A stretch of 64,000 nucleotides of DNA, taken from positions 1,280,001 through 1,344,000 of the forward strand of contig OZ241875.1 of NCBI GenBank assembly GCA_965203325.1. Direction: 5' to 3'. The notes under the pieces were generated by a model. It had not been told where the DNA came from, did not search any database, and saw nothing but the letters and a program-made list of their open reading frames with translations. Both the position numbers and the translations under genes were made by a program. Positions 47,601 through 56,704 of this stretch are shown piece after piece; within the stretch, counting starts at the first letter, position 1; each line of letters starts with the position of its first letter. The DNA is from a bacterium (GTDB lineage: Bacteria; UBA8248).

Positions 47601-48967
47601 AGCACGTCCTCGAAAACGCTCCGCTCAAGCTCCCCGTATGGCTGCGCGCGCCTGACGAGCGACCAGAGCGCCTCCTCCCCGACTTCTTCTTGCGCGGCGA
47701 CCTCGGCCACCATCTGCTGGGCGAGGATGTCGAGCGGCGCTTCGGGGAAAATGACGCGGTCGAGCGCGCCCCCTCGCACCGAGCGGATCGCGGCAGCGCT
47801 CTGCAGGAGTTCGTCCCGCGTCATGGGGAAGACGATTCCCTTAGGGATAGCGCCCTTCCAGTGGCCAGAGCGCCCCACGCGCTGGAGCAAGGAGGCGAGC
47901 GTTCTCGGCGCGCCCAGGTGGCAGACGAGGTCGACGTGGCCGATGTCGATGCCGAGTTCCAGGGACGCCGTGGCGACGATGGCCGAGAGCGCGCCCGATT
48001 TCAGCCGCTCTTCGGCGTCGAGCCTGATCTTGCGTGACAGGGAGCCGTGGTGCGCGGCCACGCGGCCCTCGCCGAGTCTCTCCGTGAGCCGGTGGGCGAC
48101 GCGCTCCGCAAGGCGCCGCGTGTGGACAAACACGATGGTCGTGCGGTGGCTTTCGATGTGGGCAGCGATGCGGTCGAACACCTCGGCCCAGTACTCGTGC
48201 GAGGCGATGGGGCCGATATCCTGATCGGCCACCTCTATGGACAACGCCATCTCTCTCTTGTGGCCCACGTCCACGATCGCGCAATCGGGAGAGTCGTCTT
48301 CACTAGTCCTTTCCGCGCCAATGAGCAGGCGCGCTATCTCATCGATCGGTTTTTGCGTGGCGCTGAGCCCGATGCGCTGGAGCCGCGTGCCGCATAGCGC
48401 GTCCAGCCGCTCCAGTGAAATCGCGAGGTGCGCGCCGCGCTTGTCCCCCGCGACCGCGTGTATCTCGTCCACGATGACGGCGCGCGCGGTCTCCAATACT
48501 TTACGGCTGCGCTCTGCCGTCAGGAGAATGTAGAGCGACTCGGGCGTGGTGATGAGGATGTGGGGGCGTTTTTTGAGCATGAGCCTGCGCTCGCGCGCGG
48601 GCGTGTCGCCCGAGCGCACCGCCACGCGAATCTCGGGCAATTCCACCCCCTCTTTCTTCGCGAGGGCGCGAATTTCGCTCAAGGGCTCCTGCAGGTTCTT
48701 CTGGATGTCGTTGCCGAGCGCCTTCAAGGGAGAGATGTAGACGAGGCGGCATTCGTCATCGAGTGCGCCCGCGAGCGCGTCGCGGATCAGGCCGTCGAGC
48801 GACCACAGGAAGGCGGCCAGCGTCTTGCCCGTGCCCGTGGGCGCCGCGATAAGCGTGTCGCGTCCGGTGGCGATCTCGGGCCAGCCGGCATCCTGCGGAG
48901 CGCTCGGCTCCCCGAATTTCTCAGCGAACCAGCGCGCGATCAGCGGATGAAAGGAGTGTCTGTCCAT
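44642..48967 (-). CDS. lhr: Lhr-family ATP-dependent SF2 helicase (long form)
   Basis: 'APTGTGKT', 'TTPESL', 'DEIH', 'LSAT', 'HHGSL', 'LELGIDIG', 'QRVGRSGH', long C-terminal region with 'RGGRFVSGFTGEQFA'. Confidence 0.9.
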   Translation of the reverse strand: MDRHSFHPLIARWFAEKFGEPSAPQDAGWPEIATGRDTLIAAPTGTGKTLAAFLWSLDGLIRDALAGALDDECRLVYISPLKALGNDIQKNLQEPLSEIRALAKKEGVELPEIRVAVRSGDTPARERRLMLKKRPHILITTPESLYILLTAERSRKVLETARAVIVDEIHAVAGDKRGAHLAISLERLDALCGTRLQRIGLSATQKPIDEIARLLIGAERTSEDDSPDCAIVDVGHKREMALSIEVADQDIGPIASHEYWAEVFDRIAAHIESHRTTIVFVHTRRLAERVAHRLTERLGEGRVAAHHGSLSRKIRLDAEERLKSGALSAIVATASLELGIDIGHVDLVCHLGAPRTLASLLQRVGRSGHWKGAIPKGIVFPMTRDELLQSAAAIRSVRGGALDRVIFPEAPLDILAQQMVAEVAAQEEVGEEALWSLVRRAQPYGELERSVFEDVLEMLTEGISTSRGRRTAYLHRDRVNALLRPRRGARLCAITSGGAIPDTADYDVVEGAAETFVGKVNEDFAIESNAGDIFLLGNHSWRVKRVERDKVRVEDAEGLPPNIPFWLGEAPSRTAELSEAVSALRAELAGRLVEPPEAIRWMRAECGLCASGASQLLDYVRETVRMLGRVPTQEEIIAERFFDEAGGMQLVIHSPFGGRINRAWGHTLRKRFCLTFDFELQAAATDDGIVLSLSSQHSFPLESIFGFARLASLKKDMLQSALQSPMFTNRWRWNATRALALPRHSGGKKVPVAIQRMRAEDLLAAVFPAQLACQDNHHGPIEPPDHPLVNETVENCLSEAMDIESLRTLIADVESGKIKTYGVETPAPSPMSHEILNANPYAFIDDAPLEERRSRAVPLRRTLPDDAEGARLDPDVIEEVCEQAWPAPRDADELHDALLSLCVLPTEEAGEWSAWVDELLVHNRLAKGQWQVDGVEREGWVPAERMALMRAAIPGISLNPSEISFQGDEAKPPAQDEAALAIVRGWMEASGPVTSGELASRVGLARSDIEIALAALEGEGAVLRGRFVNLSPEAETEWCDRVLLARIHRMTLGKLRREIEPVTAAEFVRYLLRWQHVHEDAMLHGRDGVLEVVRQLQGLELPAPAWEEQILPARIKNYDPDDLEALCLSGLVAWGRLRPGAPPEPEGDAMNGKRARTLQSAAPTRRALLAFLMREDLDIFLKPKEAEDAWRGNLSRAACEILDFLKDKGASFLADITAATGRLRTEAEEALWELVARGLVTGDGVAGLRALIAGANEKKKGERRLRALPGGRAISREAKKRFMPVGRWSLWGSVDAPLDAEAGREAHARQLLKRYGVVLRELAVREAGAPRWRELVREFRRLEARGEIRGGRFVSGFTGEQFALPEAVEALRAVRRIPARGKPTIVHASDPMNLTGVISPGPKISARSREVILYRDGLAVDSGPLGEVKSRMRNESIGGGG

Positions 48968-49133
48968 AGCGGGGGTATTCTACCCCAAACGGGGCGCGAT
49001 GGAAGGGGGGTCTAAAAGAGGCGATTGTGGCACTACGTGTGAAGAATTACAGCGAGGGTTAAGTGAGTAGCACACTCAAAGAAACCTAAGCTATGCTCAA
49101 CGGGACCATAATCCCAATTGGAGATACTAGGTA

Positions 49134-49634
49134 ATGTCGCATCTGGAATTATTAATTGCTGAATACCTTGAGTGGGACGGCTTCATCGTTCGCAAAAATA
49201 TAAAAGTTGGAAGGCTGGACCGCGGCGGTTGGGCGGGAGAACTCGATATCGTCGGCTTTCATCCGCAAACCAATCGTCTTGTGCATTATGAACCATCCCT
49301 TGATGCGTTGAGTTGGTCGAAGCGAGAGAGCAAGTTCGACAAAAAATTCAAGGCGGGTCGAAAATATATTTTCAAGGACATCTTTCCTTGGTTGTCAAAG
49401 GCTCACCTGAAATTAGAGCAATTCGTAGTCCTGCCAAACCATCCAATGGGTCGGGATACTCTCTCAGGTGGAGTTTTAATTTCAGTCGATGAACTCATGG
49501 CAGAGATACGTGCAAAAGTAGCTGAATGCGGCCCGATGGTGACAAACGCTATACCAGAAAATTTTTCACTATTAAGAACCATTCAAATGTCGGAATTTGG
49601 TTACCACAAGAGAAAGTTCATGAATAATTCGTAG
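49134..49634 (+). CDS. Hypothetical protein, possible PD-(D/E)XK nuclease fold; low GC
   Basis: GGAG RBS. Pattern 'LE.LIAEYL...G', 'GELDIVG', 'HYEPS' resembles restriction-endonuclease-like folds. Visibly AT-richer than its neighbours. Confidence 0.55.
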   Translation: MSHLELLIAEYLEWDGFIVRKNIKVGRLDRGGWAGELDIVGFHPQTNRLVHYEPSLDALSWSKRESKFDKKFKAGRKYIFKDIFPWLSKAHLKLEQFVVLPNHPMGRDTLSGGVLISVDELMAEIRAKVAECGPMVTNAIPENFSLLRTIQMSEFGYHKRKFMNNS

Positions 49635-49699
49635 TGTCAATCATTCCCGAACCAAAAAGCGTCTGGCAACGATGGGTCAGGTTCCAAACTTCCTAATTC

Positions 49700-50638
49700 T
49701 TACTCCGCCCGCGGGTGTAAATCCCCAAAAAACTCCCGCACCTCGGCCTCCGCTTTCTCGAAAGACTTGCGACCGAGCCCGAATATGGCCCGGAGCTTGC
49801 GGGGGTCGTGCTCCATGAAGTCCGTCTCATAGGCGCTGTCGGTGAAAGAGTCGTTGATGCGCAGGGTACAGATATCGGGGAAGAAGAGTTCGCGCAGCGT
49901 ATCGACGGTGTTCGAACTCGTCCTCGATAGCGTCATGTAGGTCTTGAGCGGCCTTATCCCTGCGATGATCCGCCGCGTCCATTGCCTCGACTCGGGATAA
50001 CTGCCTGTCCCGACGCTCAGGATGCGGATATCCTCCCGGGCGATGCCGAGCGGCCCGGTGGCGTCCGCGATGGCGAAAAGGGTGGGGTTGTTCGCCGTGA
50101 ACCCGCCGTCGAGCGCCGTGCGTTCCTCGATTTTGGGCGCGGCGATGCGTTTTTGCTTCAGGAACGGATGCGCGGCGCAAGACGCCAGTATCGCGTCCGA
50201 TATCTTCATGCCCTCGCCCGACAAGAAACTATCGAGATCGCCGTGCGATGGGCCGATGGTGCGCTTGAATACCATGGGGCGGTCGTATTCCTCATGGGTA
50301 ACAAGGATTCCCACGTCCAGCCTGAAATCCTCAAAAGTCCTCTCGCCGTATATCGCTTGCGAATGCCTTTGCAGCGCGTTCGTCTTGTTGCGCGCGAGCA
50401 AGGGCCCCAGCACGTCGGGCGCGAGTTCGAAATAGCGATCCGCAATCGTCGGCTCGACCTCATCGCCCAGTGCAATCATCGTGGCGATGATCGAGCCCGT
50501 GCTGACGCCGTAGGCGAGATCAAAGGCCTCGTGCAGGGGGCGTCCCAGGGTGCGCTCAATCCCGGCCAGCACACCCAGGGTGTAGACCCCGAGCGAGCCG
50601 CCGCCGTCGAGCGAGAGGATGTAGAAGGGCTTGCTCAT
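49700..50638 (-). CDS. Patatin-like phospholipase
   Basis: 'ILSLDGGGSLG', 'GVSTG' nucleophile, 'ASCAAHPF', 'DGGFTANNP', 'ILSVGTG'. Confidence 0.9.
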   Translation of the reverse strand: MSKPFYILSLDGGGSLGVYTLGVLAGIERTLGRPLHEAFDLAYGVSTGSIIATMIALGDEVEPTIADRYFELAPDVLGPLLARNKTNALQRHSQAIYGERTFEDFRLDVGILVTHEEYDRPMVFKRTIGPSHGDLDSFLSGEGMKISDAILASCAAHPFLKQKRIAAPKIEERTALDGGFTANNPTLFAIADATGPLGIAREDIRILSVGTGSYPESRQWTRRIIAGIRPLKTYMTLSRTSSNTVDTLRELFFPDICTLRINDSFTDSAYETDFMEHDPRKLRAIFGLGRKSFEKAEAEVREFFGDLHPRAE

Positions 50639-50786
50639 CGAGGGCTGGCCCGGAGGAACACGAGCAGATTTCGCCCAAAAGGATTTGTGAATTTCGCCGG
50701 GGAACGTCGGTTATTCATGGGGGCATTCTAGCGCAAACGGGGCGGGGTTGTTCAGTGGGGTGCATAGACGATTTATGCAGGATCTC

Positions 50787-50861
50787 GTAGGGACAGGTCG
50801 CGACCTGTCCCTGCATATGCGGTGGCGACCAAACCGTAGGGGTCAGACATATATGTCTGAC
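50787..50861. repeat. Two GTAG-type REP-like palindromes
   Basis: GTAGGGACAGGTCGCGACCTGTCCCTGC and GTAGGGGTCAGACATATATGTCTGAC (same as 25061). Confidence 0.75.
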
Positions 50862-51015
50862 TGTGTGTCCGCCCGCAACAGGAAGGGCACAAAACCCATC
50901 CTCGAATAAATCATAATCAAAAACCGGGCAGAGGCGCAGGCCGTCGCCTTGCAAACCACTCCTTTATCCACAGAAAAGGGGGGGGTTCAACAGGCCCTCC
51001 TCGCTCGGGATTGAC

Positions 51016-52746
51016 CTAATCCATCCTCACATATTCATGTGCGCGGAAGGGCACGCCCAGTTCTTCTGTCGCCACCTTCTCGCACGCTTCGATGTCGATG
51101 AGGCCGCTCATCTTGACGGCCGTCACCTCCACCTCGGGGATGTAGTTCTTGGACCAGCGGACGAATTCCTTGACCAGCGGGTAGGGTTCTTCGATGCCTT
51201 TGGTCTTGCAGACTTTCGCGTAGGCCTCCGGGCCTTCCGCCTGCATGCTGATGGATACCGCGTCCACGAGGCCGCGGAGTTCGGGCAGAATGTTTCTCTC
51301 GTGCGTCTTGTTGGCGAGCCCGTTCGTCACCAGGCGGATCCGCCGGGCGCCGCGGCGCTTGAGTTCGCCGGCCACCTCCTTCACCACGTCGAGCCTGAGC
51401 GTCGGCTCGCCGAATCCGCTGAAGACGACTTCGGTGAAGCGCGACGGGTCGCCCGCGGCGGCGAGCACCTCCGCCGCGTCGGGTTCCTGCGCGAGTTTCA
51501 GATTGTGTCCCTTGTAGACGCAATCGCTCAGAAGCCCGCAGAAAAAACACGAATTCTGGCAATCGTTCGTCACGTTGAGGTAGAGCGTCTCGCCGACCGT
51601 GTAGGCGATGCTTCCCCCGTCAGGCTCCGGCCCTACCCCGAACAGACGGCGTACGTTCTCCGTCGTGAGGCGCGTCACCGCCTCCGTCGACATTCCGTGG
51701 AGTTCGGCCAGGGACTCCGCCACGCGCGCGACGTAGGCCGGTTCGTTCCGCTTGCCCCGGTGCGGCGGGGGAGCGAGATAGGGGCTGTCCGTCTCGAGCA
51801 GAACGCGCTCTACAGGAACCCGCTCGAAGATTTCCCTCAACTCTTCCGAGCGCGAGAACGTGATGGCTCCACCCGCGCCCAGGTGAAAATCGATGTCCAG
51901 GAATTTCCGGGCCTGTTCGTCATCGCCCGTAAAGCAATGGATGACACCGCCCGCGCGCCACGCCCTTTCTTCCTCCAGAATCTCATAGATGTCATCCGCA
52001 GAGTCGCGGCAATGGACGATGATGGGCTTGCCCACATCGACGGCCACCCTGATTTGCTCCCGGAACCACCTGCGCTGGGCCTTGCGCGGGGCGCCCTCCC
52101 GGTAGTAGTCCAGGCCTATCTCGCCGACGGCCACCACCTTGGGATCCGCCGTGAGTTTGGCGATATCCTTGATGGTTCTCTCGTTCACGCCGTTCACGTC
52201 GCTCGGATGCACGCCGACCGCCGCGTAGACGCCCGCGTAGGAAGCCGCGAGGTCGACGGTCCGTCGGCTCGATTCCAGGCAGGTGCCCATCGAGATGATG
52301 TAGTGCACGCCCTCCTCGATGGCGCGCTCCACCGCCCCCTGGCGGTCCGAATCGAACGCCTTGTCGATGAGATGCGCATGGGTATCGACCAGCACGGGCA
52401 GCCCGTTCGTATCCGGCAAGTCGGCGATGATGACCTGGGGCCGGGCTTTTTTCCTCCGCTCGTGCCGCCAGCGGTTCTTGGTCCTGCGTCCGCCTCGCCC
52501 GCGCCGGGAATCGCTATCGCGCGCGCCACCGTTTTCAGTGCGCTGGGCGGTTTTCTCTCCGTTTTGCGAGTGCGCGGCGGGTTCGGTCGCCCCGGATGTA
52601 TTCTGACGTTCTTTGTGTTCCGGACGTTTTCCGCCCCTTCGGCCGCGTCTTCTTCTGCGGCGCTGGGAGCGTCCCTTTCTGTCCTTACCCGCGAATGAGT
52701 CCTTATCGCCGGATGAATCCGGCCCGGATTCCATAGATTCGTTCAC
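51016..52746 (-). CDS. TatD family hydrolase fused to a TatD-associated radical SAM domain, with Arg-rich N-terminal extension
   Basis: 'VDTHAHL', 'GVHP', 'VGEIGLDY', 'HCR', 'HCFTG', 'ETDSPYLAP', then 'LYLNVTNDCQNSCFFC' and 'VVFSGFGEPT'. Confidence 0.88.
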   Translation of the reverse strand: MNESMESGPDSSGDKDSFAGKDRKGRSQRRRRRRGRRGGKRPEHKERQNTSGATEPAAHSQNGEKTAQRTENGGARDSDSRRGRGGRRTKNRWRHERRKKARPQVIIADLPDTNGLPVLVDTHAHLIDKAFDSDRQGAVERAIEEGVHYIISMGTCLESSRRTVDLAASYAGVYAAVGVHPSDVNGVNERTIKDIAKLTADPKVVAVGEIGLDYYREGAPRKAQRRWFREQIRVAVDVGKPIIVHCRDSADDIYEILEEERAWRAGGVIHCFTGDDEQARKFLDIDFHLGAGGAITFSRSEELREIFERVPVERVLLETDSPYLAPPPHRGKRNEPAYVARVAESLAELHGMSTEAVTRLTTENVRRLFGVGPEPDGGSIAYTVGETLYLNVTNDCQNSCFFCGLLSDCVYKGHNLKLAQEPDAAEVLAAAGDPSRFTEVVFSGFGEPTLRLDVVKEVAGELKRRGARRIRLVTNGLANKTHERNILPELRGLVDAVSISMQAEGPEAYAKVCKTKGIEEPYPLVKEFVRWSKNYIPEVEVTAVKMSGLIDIEACEKVATEELGVPFRAHEYVRMD

Positions 52747-52784
52747 TCCACAAACTCCAATCTCCCGGGCGGGTCGTCTTGCCG

Positions 52785-54734
52785 CTACCGGATCGGCGCA
52801 CCCGGCGTTGCCGTCTCGTCCACGCCTGCGAGCAGGAGATTCTTCCCGTCCTCGGCGGCGAGAACCATGCCCTGGGACTCCACGCCCATCAGCCTGGCGG
52901 GTTCGAGGTTGGCCACCAGAATCACCTTGCGGCCCGGCAAATCCTCGGGCGCGTAGTGTTTCGCAATGCCCGCCACGACGGTCCGGGGTTCCTCGCCGAG
53001 AGAGACGGTGAGCTTCAGCAGGTTTTTCGACTTGGGTATCCGCTCGGCCTCGAGCACCTCGGCGACGCGCAAATCCATCTTTTGAAATTCCTCGAAAGAT
53101 ATTCGTTCTGTCGCATCCTCTTCGGGCGCTGCCTCGTCGCCGCCCGCGATGCGCAGGGCCACCTTCTCCTGTATGGCTTCTTTCGCCTCATCCTCGATGC
53201 GCGGGAAAAGAGGAGCGCCGATGTTGGTCACCAACTCCTCCGGCAGCCTCCGCATGTCCATCAATTCCGAATAAGGCGCATTCGCCCAGTCTTCGGCCAG
53301 GCCGATTTGCGCCGCTATCTTTTGGGCCGAGGCGGGCATGGCGGGCGATATCATGGCTGCGACGACGCGCATCGACGCCACGGCGTGCCAGAGCACCGAG
53401 CACAGGCGGGCCTCCTCACCCTCTTTCGCGAGCGTCCAGGGAGCGTTCGCGTCGATGTATTTATTCGCGCAGGAAATCACCTCCCAGGCGGCTCTCAGGC
53501 CGTTCTGGAAGTGGGTCGCCGCCATGCCGCTCTCGTATTTCCCGGCCGCATCGGCGACGAATTCGCAGAATGCGCTCTCCGCCTCGGTATCGCCCGCCGC
53601 GGAGCGCTCGAGGCGGCCGTCCCGGTAGCGCTTCACCATGTTCAGCGTGCGGTAGAGCAGGTTGCCCAGATCGTTCGCCAGATCGCTGTTGATGCGGTCG
53701 ATCAGCGCGCTGTGGGAGAAATCCCCATCCAGCCCGAAGGGGATCTCCTTGAGCAGGAAATACCGGATGGCGTCGACGCCGTATTCCTCGATGAGCCAGT
53801 GCGGGTCGACCGCGTTGCCCAGGCTCTTGGACATCTTCTGGCCCTCGACCGTCCACCACCCGTGACTGAAGACCTGGCCCGGCAGGGGGACGCCTGCGGA
53901 GAGGAGAAAGGCGGGCCAGTAGACCGCGTGGAACCTCAGGATGTCCTTGCCGATGAAGTGCTGGTCCGTCGGCCAGGAGCTTCCCTCGTGCATCCCGCTC
54001 TCATCGAAGCCCGGAGCGGTCAGGTAGTTGCTGAGCGCGTCGAACCACACGTAGATCACGTGTTTCTCATCTCCCGGCACGGGGATGCCCCACTGAAAGC
54101 TCGTGCGCGAGAGCGACAGGTCCTTGAGTCCCCCCCGCACGAAGCTCATCACCTCGTTTCTACGGCTCTCGGGCTGAACGAATTGGGGATTTTTCTCGTA
54201 ATGTTCAAGAAGCGGCTCGGCGTACTCGCTGAGGCGGAAGAAATAACTCGGTTCCTCCACCCATTCGACCTCCGCACCCGTGGGCGCGAGTTTCACGCCG
54301 TCGGGGCCTTCGGTGAGTTCGCTCTCGGTGTAGAACGCTTCGTCGCGAACGGCGTACCAGCCCGCGTAGGCGCCCAGGTAGATGTCGCCCGCGGCCTCCA
54401 CGCGCCGCCAAAGCTCCTGCACGCCGCGGATGTGGCGCTCCTCGGTCGTGCGGATGTAATCGTCGTAGGAGATGTCGAGCTTCTCCCAGAGCTCGCGGAA
54501 TTTCGCGCTGTTCATGTCGCAGAACGCGAGGGGTTCCATGCCGGCCTCTCGGGCCGCGCGCTCGAGTTTCTGGCCGTGCTCGTCGGTTCCGGTGAGAAAC
54601 TGCGTCGGCTCGCCCCTGAGCCTGTGGAAGCGCGCCTTGGCGTCGCAGGCCACCGTCGTATAGGCATGGCCGAGGTGCGGCTTGTCGTTGACGTAATATA
54701 TCGGCGTGGTGACGTAAAACGGTTTTCTGCTCAT
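52785..54734 (-). CDS. metG: Methionine--tRNA ligase with C-terminal tRNA-binding domain
   Basis: 'TTPIYYVN.KPHLGHAY', 'GTDEHGQK', 'YVWFDAL', 'GKDILRFH', 'KMSKS', C-terminal OB-fold 'SQGMVL'. Confidence 0.97.
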   Translation of the reverse strand: MSRKPFYVTTPIYYVNDKPHLGHAYTTVACDAKARFHRLRGEPTQFLTGTDEHGQKLERAAREAGMEPLAFCDMNSAKFRELWEKLDISYDDYIRTTEERHIRGVQELWRRVEAAGDIYLGAYAGWYAVRDEAFYTESELTEGPDGVKLAPTGAEVEWVEEPSYFFRLSEYAEPLLEHYEKNPQFVQPESRRNEVMSFVRGGLKDLSLSRTSFQWGIPVPGDEKHVIYVWFDALSNYLTAPGFDESGMHEGSSWPTDQHFIGKDILRFHAVYWPAFLLSAGVPLPGQVFSHGWWTVEGQKMSKSLGNAVDPHWLIEEYGVDAIRYFLLKEIPFGLDGDFSHSALIDRINSDLANDLGNLLYRTLNMVKRYRDGRLERSAAGDTEAESAFCEFVADAAGKYESGMAATHFQNGLRAAWEVISCANKYIDANAPWTLAKEGEEARLCSVLWHAVASMRVVAAMISPAMPASAQKIAAQIGLAEDWANAPYSELMDMRRLPEELVTNIGAPLFPRIEDEAKEAIQEKVALRIAGGDEAAPEEDATERISFEEFQKMDLRVAEVLEAERIPKSKNLLKLTVSLGEEPRTVVAGIAKHYAPEDLPGRKVILVANLEPARLMGVESQGMVLAAEDGKNLLLAGVDETATPGAPIR

Positions 54735-55669
54735 CGTTTCGGGCCGTTTTCCCTGGACAAGACGTTGAGGGATGTATCGTTCTGGACGCCGGTTTTAAGA
54801 GAAAACTGGCCTGTGGGCAAACGCATGAGATCCTCCGCGCGCACCGTCATGAAGTCCCCCGTCTCGAGAGCGAGGGTCACCTCTTCCTTGAGCAGGTCCT
54901 GGCGCACGACGGTCGCGCCGCAGTCGCAGCCGCCGACTTTCTTCTTGCACGCCGGCAATTTCTTCTTCACCGACACGTAGTGGGAATGCTCGAAGCGGAG
55001 GCAGCACTTGAGCCGCCCGCAGCCGCCGGAGAGTTTTACGGGGTTCAAGCTCAGGTTCTGGTCCTTCGCCATGCGGACCGAAATGGGGTCGAACGACTTG
55101 AGAAAGGAACTGCAGCAATAGGTGCGCCCGCAATCGCCGCAGCCGCCCTTCATGCCCGCCTCGTCGCGCACGCCGATCTGGCGCATCTCCACGCGAACCG
55201 AGAGGCGCTCGGCGAGCACCCGCACCAGCTTGCGGAAATCCACGCGGCCGTCGGAGGAGAAATAAAACGTCGCCTTCTTGTTCGAGTGGATGTAGCGAAC
55301 CTCGATGAGGCGCATGGGAAGTTTGAGCTCGGATATCTTCATGCGGCAAAAATCATAGGCGCTCTTCTCGTTCGCCTCGTTGCGGGCCACCTTTTTATCG
55401 TCATCTTCGGTGGCCACCCGCAACACCTCGGGCAGCGGATCGGGAAAATAGCGCGAATCCATGACCCGGGGGTTTTCGGATATCTCGCCGAACTCCGTAT
55501 CCCCGTCCCTGGTCTTGACCATCACCTTCATGCCGACCCGAAGCCTAAGATCCCCGTAGGTGTGATGTACCGGCCGTGCGCCGAAGCGCGTCTTGACCCC
55601 GACCACGCCGATCTTGCGCGGCTCGGGCGGCGCCGCGAGGGCCGCGCCGCCATTGGTTGTTTCACTCAT
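54731..55669 (-). CDS. PSP1 domain protein (YaaT/RicT family)
   Basis: 'GRVDFRKLV', 'EMRQIGVRDEA', 'CGRTYCC', 'MAKDQNLSLNP.KLSGGCGRLKCCL'. Canonical holB-yaaT-metG context. Confidence 0.9.
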   Translation of the reverse strand: MSETTNGGAALAAPPEPRKIGVVGVKTRFGARPVHHTYGDLRLRVGMKVMVKTRDGDTEFGEISENPRVMDSRYFPDPLPEVLRVATEDDDKKVARNEANEKSAYDFCRMKISELKLPMRLIEVRYIHSNKKATFYFSSDGRVDFRKLVRVLAERLSVRVEMRQIGVRDEAGMKGGCGDCGRTYCCSSFLKSFDPISVRMAKDQNLSLNPVKLSGGCGRLKCCLRFEHSHYVSVKKKLPACKKKVGGCDCGATVVRQDLLKEEVTLALETGDFMTVRAEDLMRLPTGQFSLKTGVQNDTSLNVLSRENGPKR

Positions 55670-55678
55670 TCGTTCACC

Positions 55679-56704
55679 TCAAACCCCGGCGGGAACCGTC
55701 TCCCGCAGGGAATATACCAGAGTCTCGAGCGTCAGGGACGGGTTGGTATTCCCGCCGTCCACGTCGCGCATGGCCTCTCCCACCCTCTCGAGGGCACGGG
55801 TCAAGCCTGCGCTCCCCCAGCGCTCTCCCATGGCGGCCAACGCCGCCCGAATGTCCGTGTGCCACAAATCTATCGCCTCGGGCGCTTCCTGGGTGATGAG
55901 TATATCGCGAAGCAGCCCCCGAAGCATTTCCAAAAAGAGAATTGTTTCATTTCTGCCAGTTGCCCCGCTGCCCGCCCGCTCGGAGGCGAGCGTGATGAGG
56001 GTCACCTCGTCCGCCCGGCCCGCCGGCGCGCTCAACTCCTCCAGGAAACGCATCGCCTCCTCCCTGCGCTCGGAGAGGGCCTCGGTGTCGGAAGACACCG
56101 CGACACCCAGCCGTCCCATGCTGAGGGAGACGAGTTTGTCCACGTCGGCGGCGGCGTCACCGAGTCGCTCCTCCAGAATGGCGGCCATATCCGACCGCGC
56201 CAGAGCCTGGAACCTGAGCCTCCGGCAACGCGAGACGATCGTCGGCAGCAGGGTGTGGAGGTTCGGCGTCACCAGTATCAATACCGTGTCTGCGCCAGGC
56301 TCTTCCAGCGTCTTGAGCAGGACGTTCTGGCTCACCCGCGTCAGCAGATGGGCGTCTTCGATGATGAAGACCTGCCGCATCCCCTCGTTGGGACGCTGGT
56401 GGGCGCGCCAGATCACTTCCTCTCGGACCGACTCCGCCTTGATGGAGCGAGACCCCGCGACGGGGCCGATGGAGACGACGTCGGGGTGTACGTTCGCGCG
56501 CACCTTCTCGCACGCCGCACAGACTCCGCACGGCGGCGCATCGCCCGTGCATTGGAGGGCCTGGGCGAACAGGCGCGCAGCGCTCGCCTTACCGACCCCG
56601 TCGGGGCCATAAAACAGATAAGCGCCCGCCACCTGGCCGGAGGATAAGTCTCTTCGCAGCAGGTCTAGGGCCGCGTCCTGGCCGCGGATGGATTCCCAGC
56701 CCAT
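55679..56704 (-). CDS. holB: DNA polymerase III subunit delta'
   Basis: 'AYLFYGPDGVGK', Zn motif 'C...PCGVCAAC', 'HPDV', 'NVLLKTLEEP', 'LLPTIVSRC'. Confidence 0.92.
   Translation of the reverse strand: MGWESIRGQDAALDLLRRDLSSGQVAGAYLFYGPDGVGKASAARLFAQALQCTGDAPPCGVCAACEKVRANVHPDVVSIGPVAGSRSIKAESVREEVIWRAHQRPNEGMRQVFIIEDAHLLTRVSQNVLLKTLEEPGADTVLILVTPNLHTLLPTIVSRCRRLRFQALARSDMAAILEERLGDAAADVDKLVSLSMGRLGVAVSSDTEALSERREEAMRFLEELSAPAGRADEVTLITLASERAGSGATGRNETILFLEMLRGLLRDILITQEAPEAIDLWHTDIRAALAAMGERWGSAGLTRALERVGEAMRDVDGGNTNPSLTLETLVYSLRETVPAGV

Noticed and set aside
49026..49045. TGGCAC as a possible sigma54 promoter for the low-GC ORF
   Set aside because: The -12 TTGC element is absent at the required spacing.
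49700..50638. Patatin as a CBASS CapV effector
   Set aside because: There is no adjacent CD-NTase or Cap2/Cap3 gene, so only the general patatin motifs are supportable.
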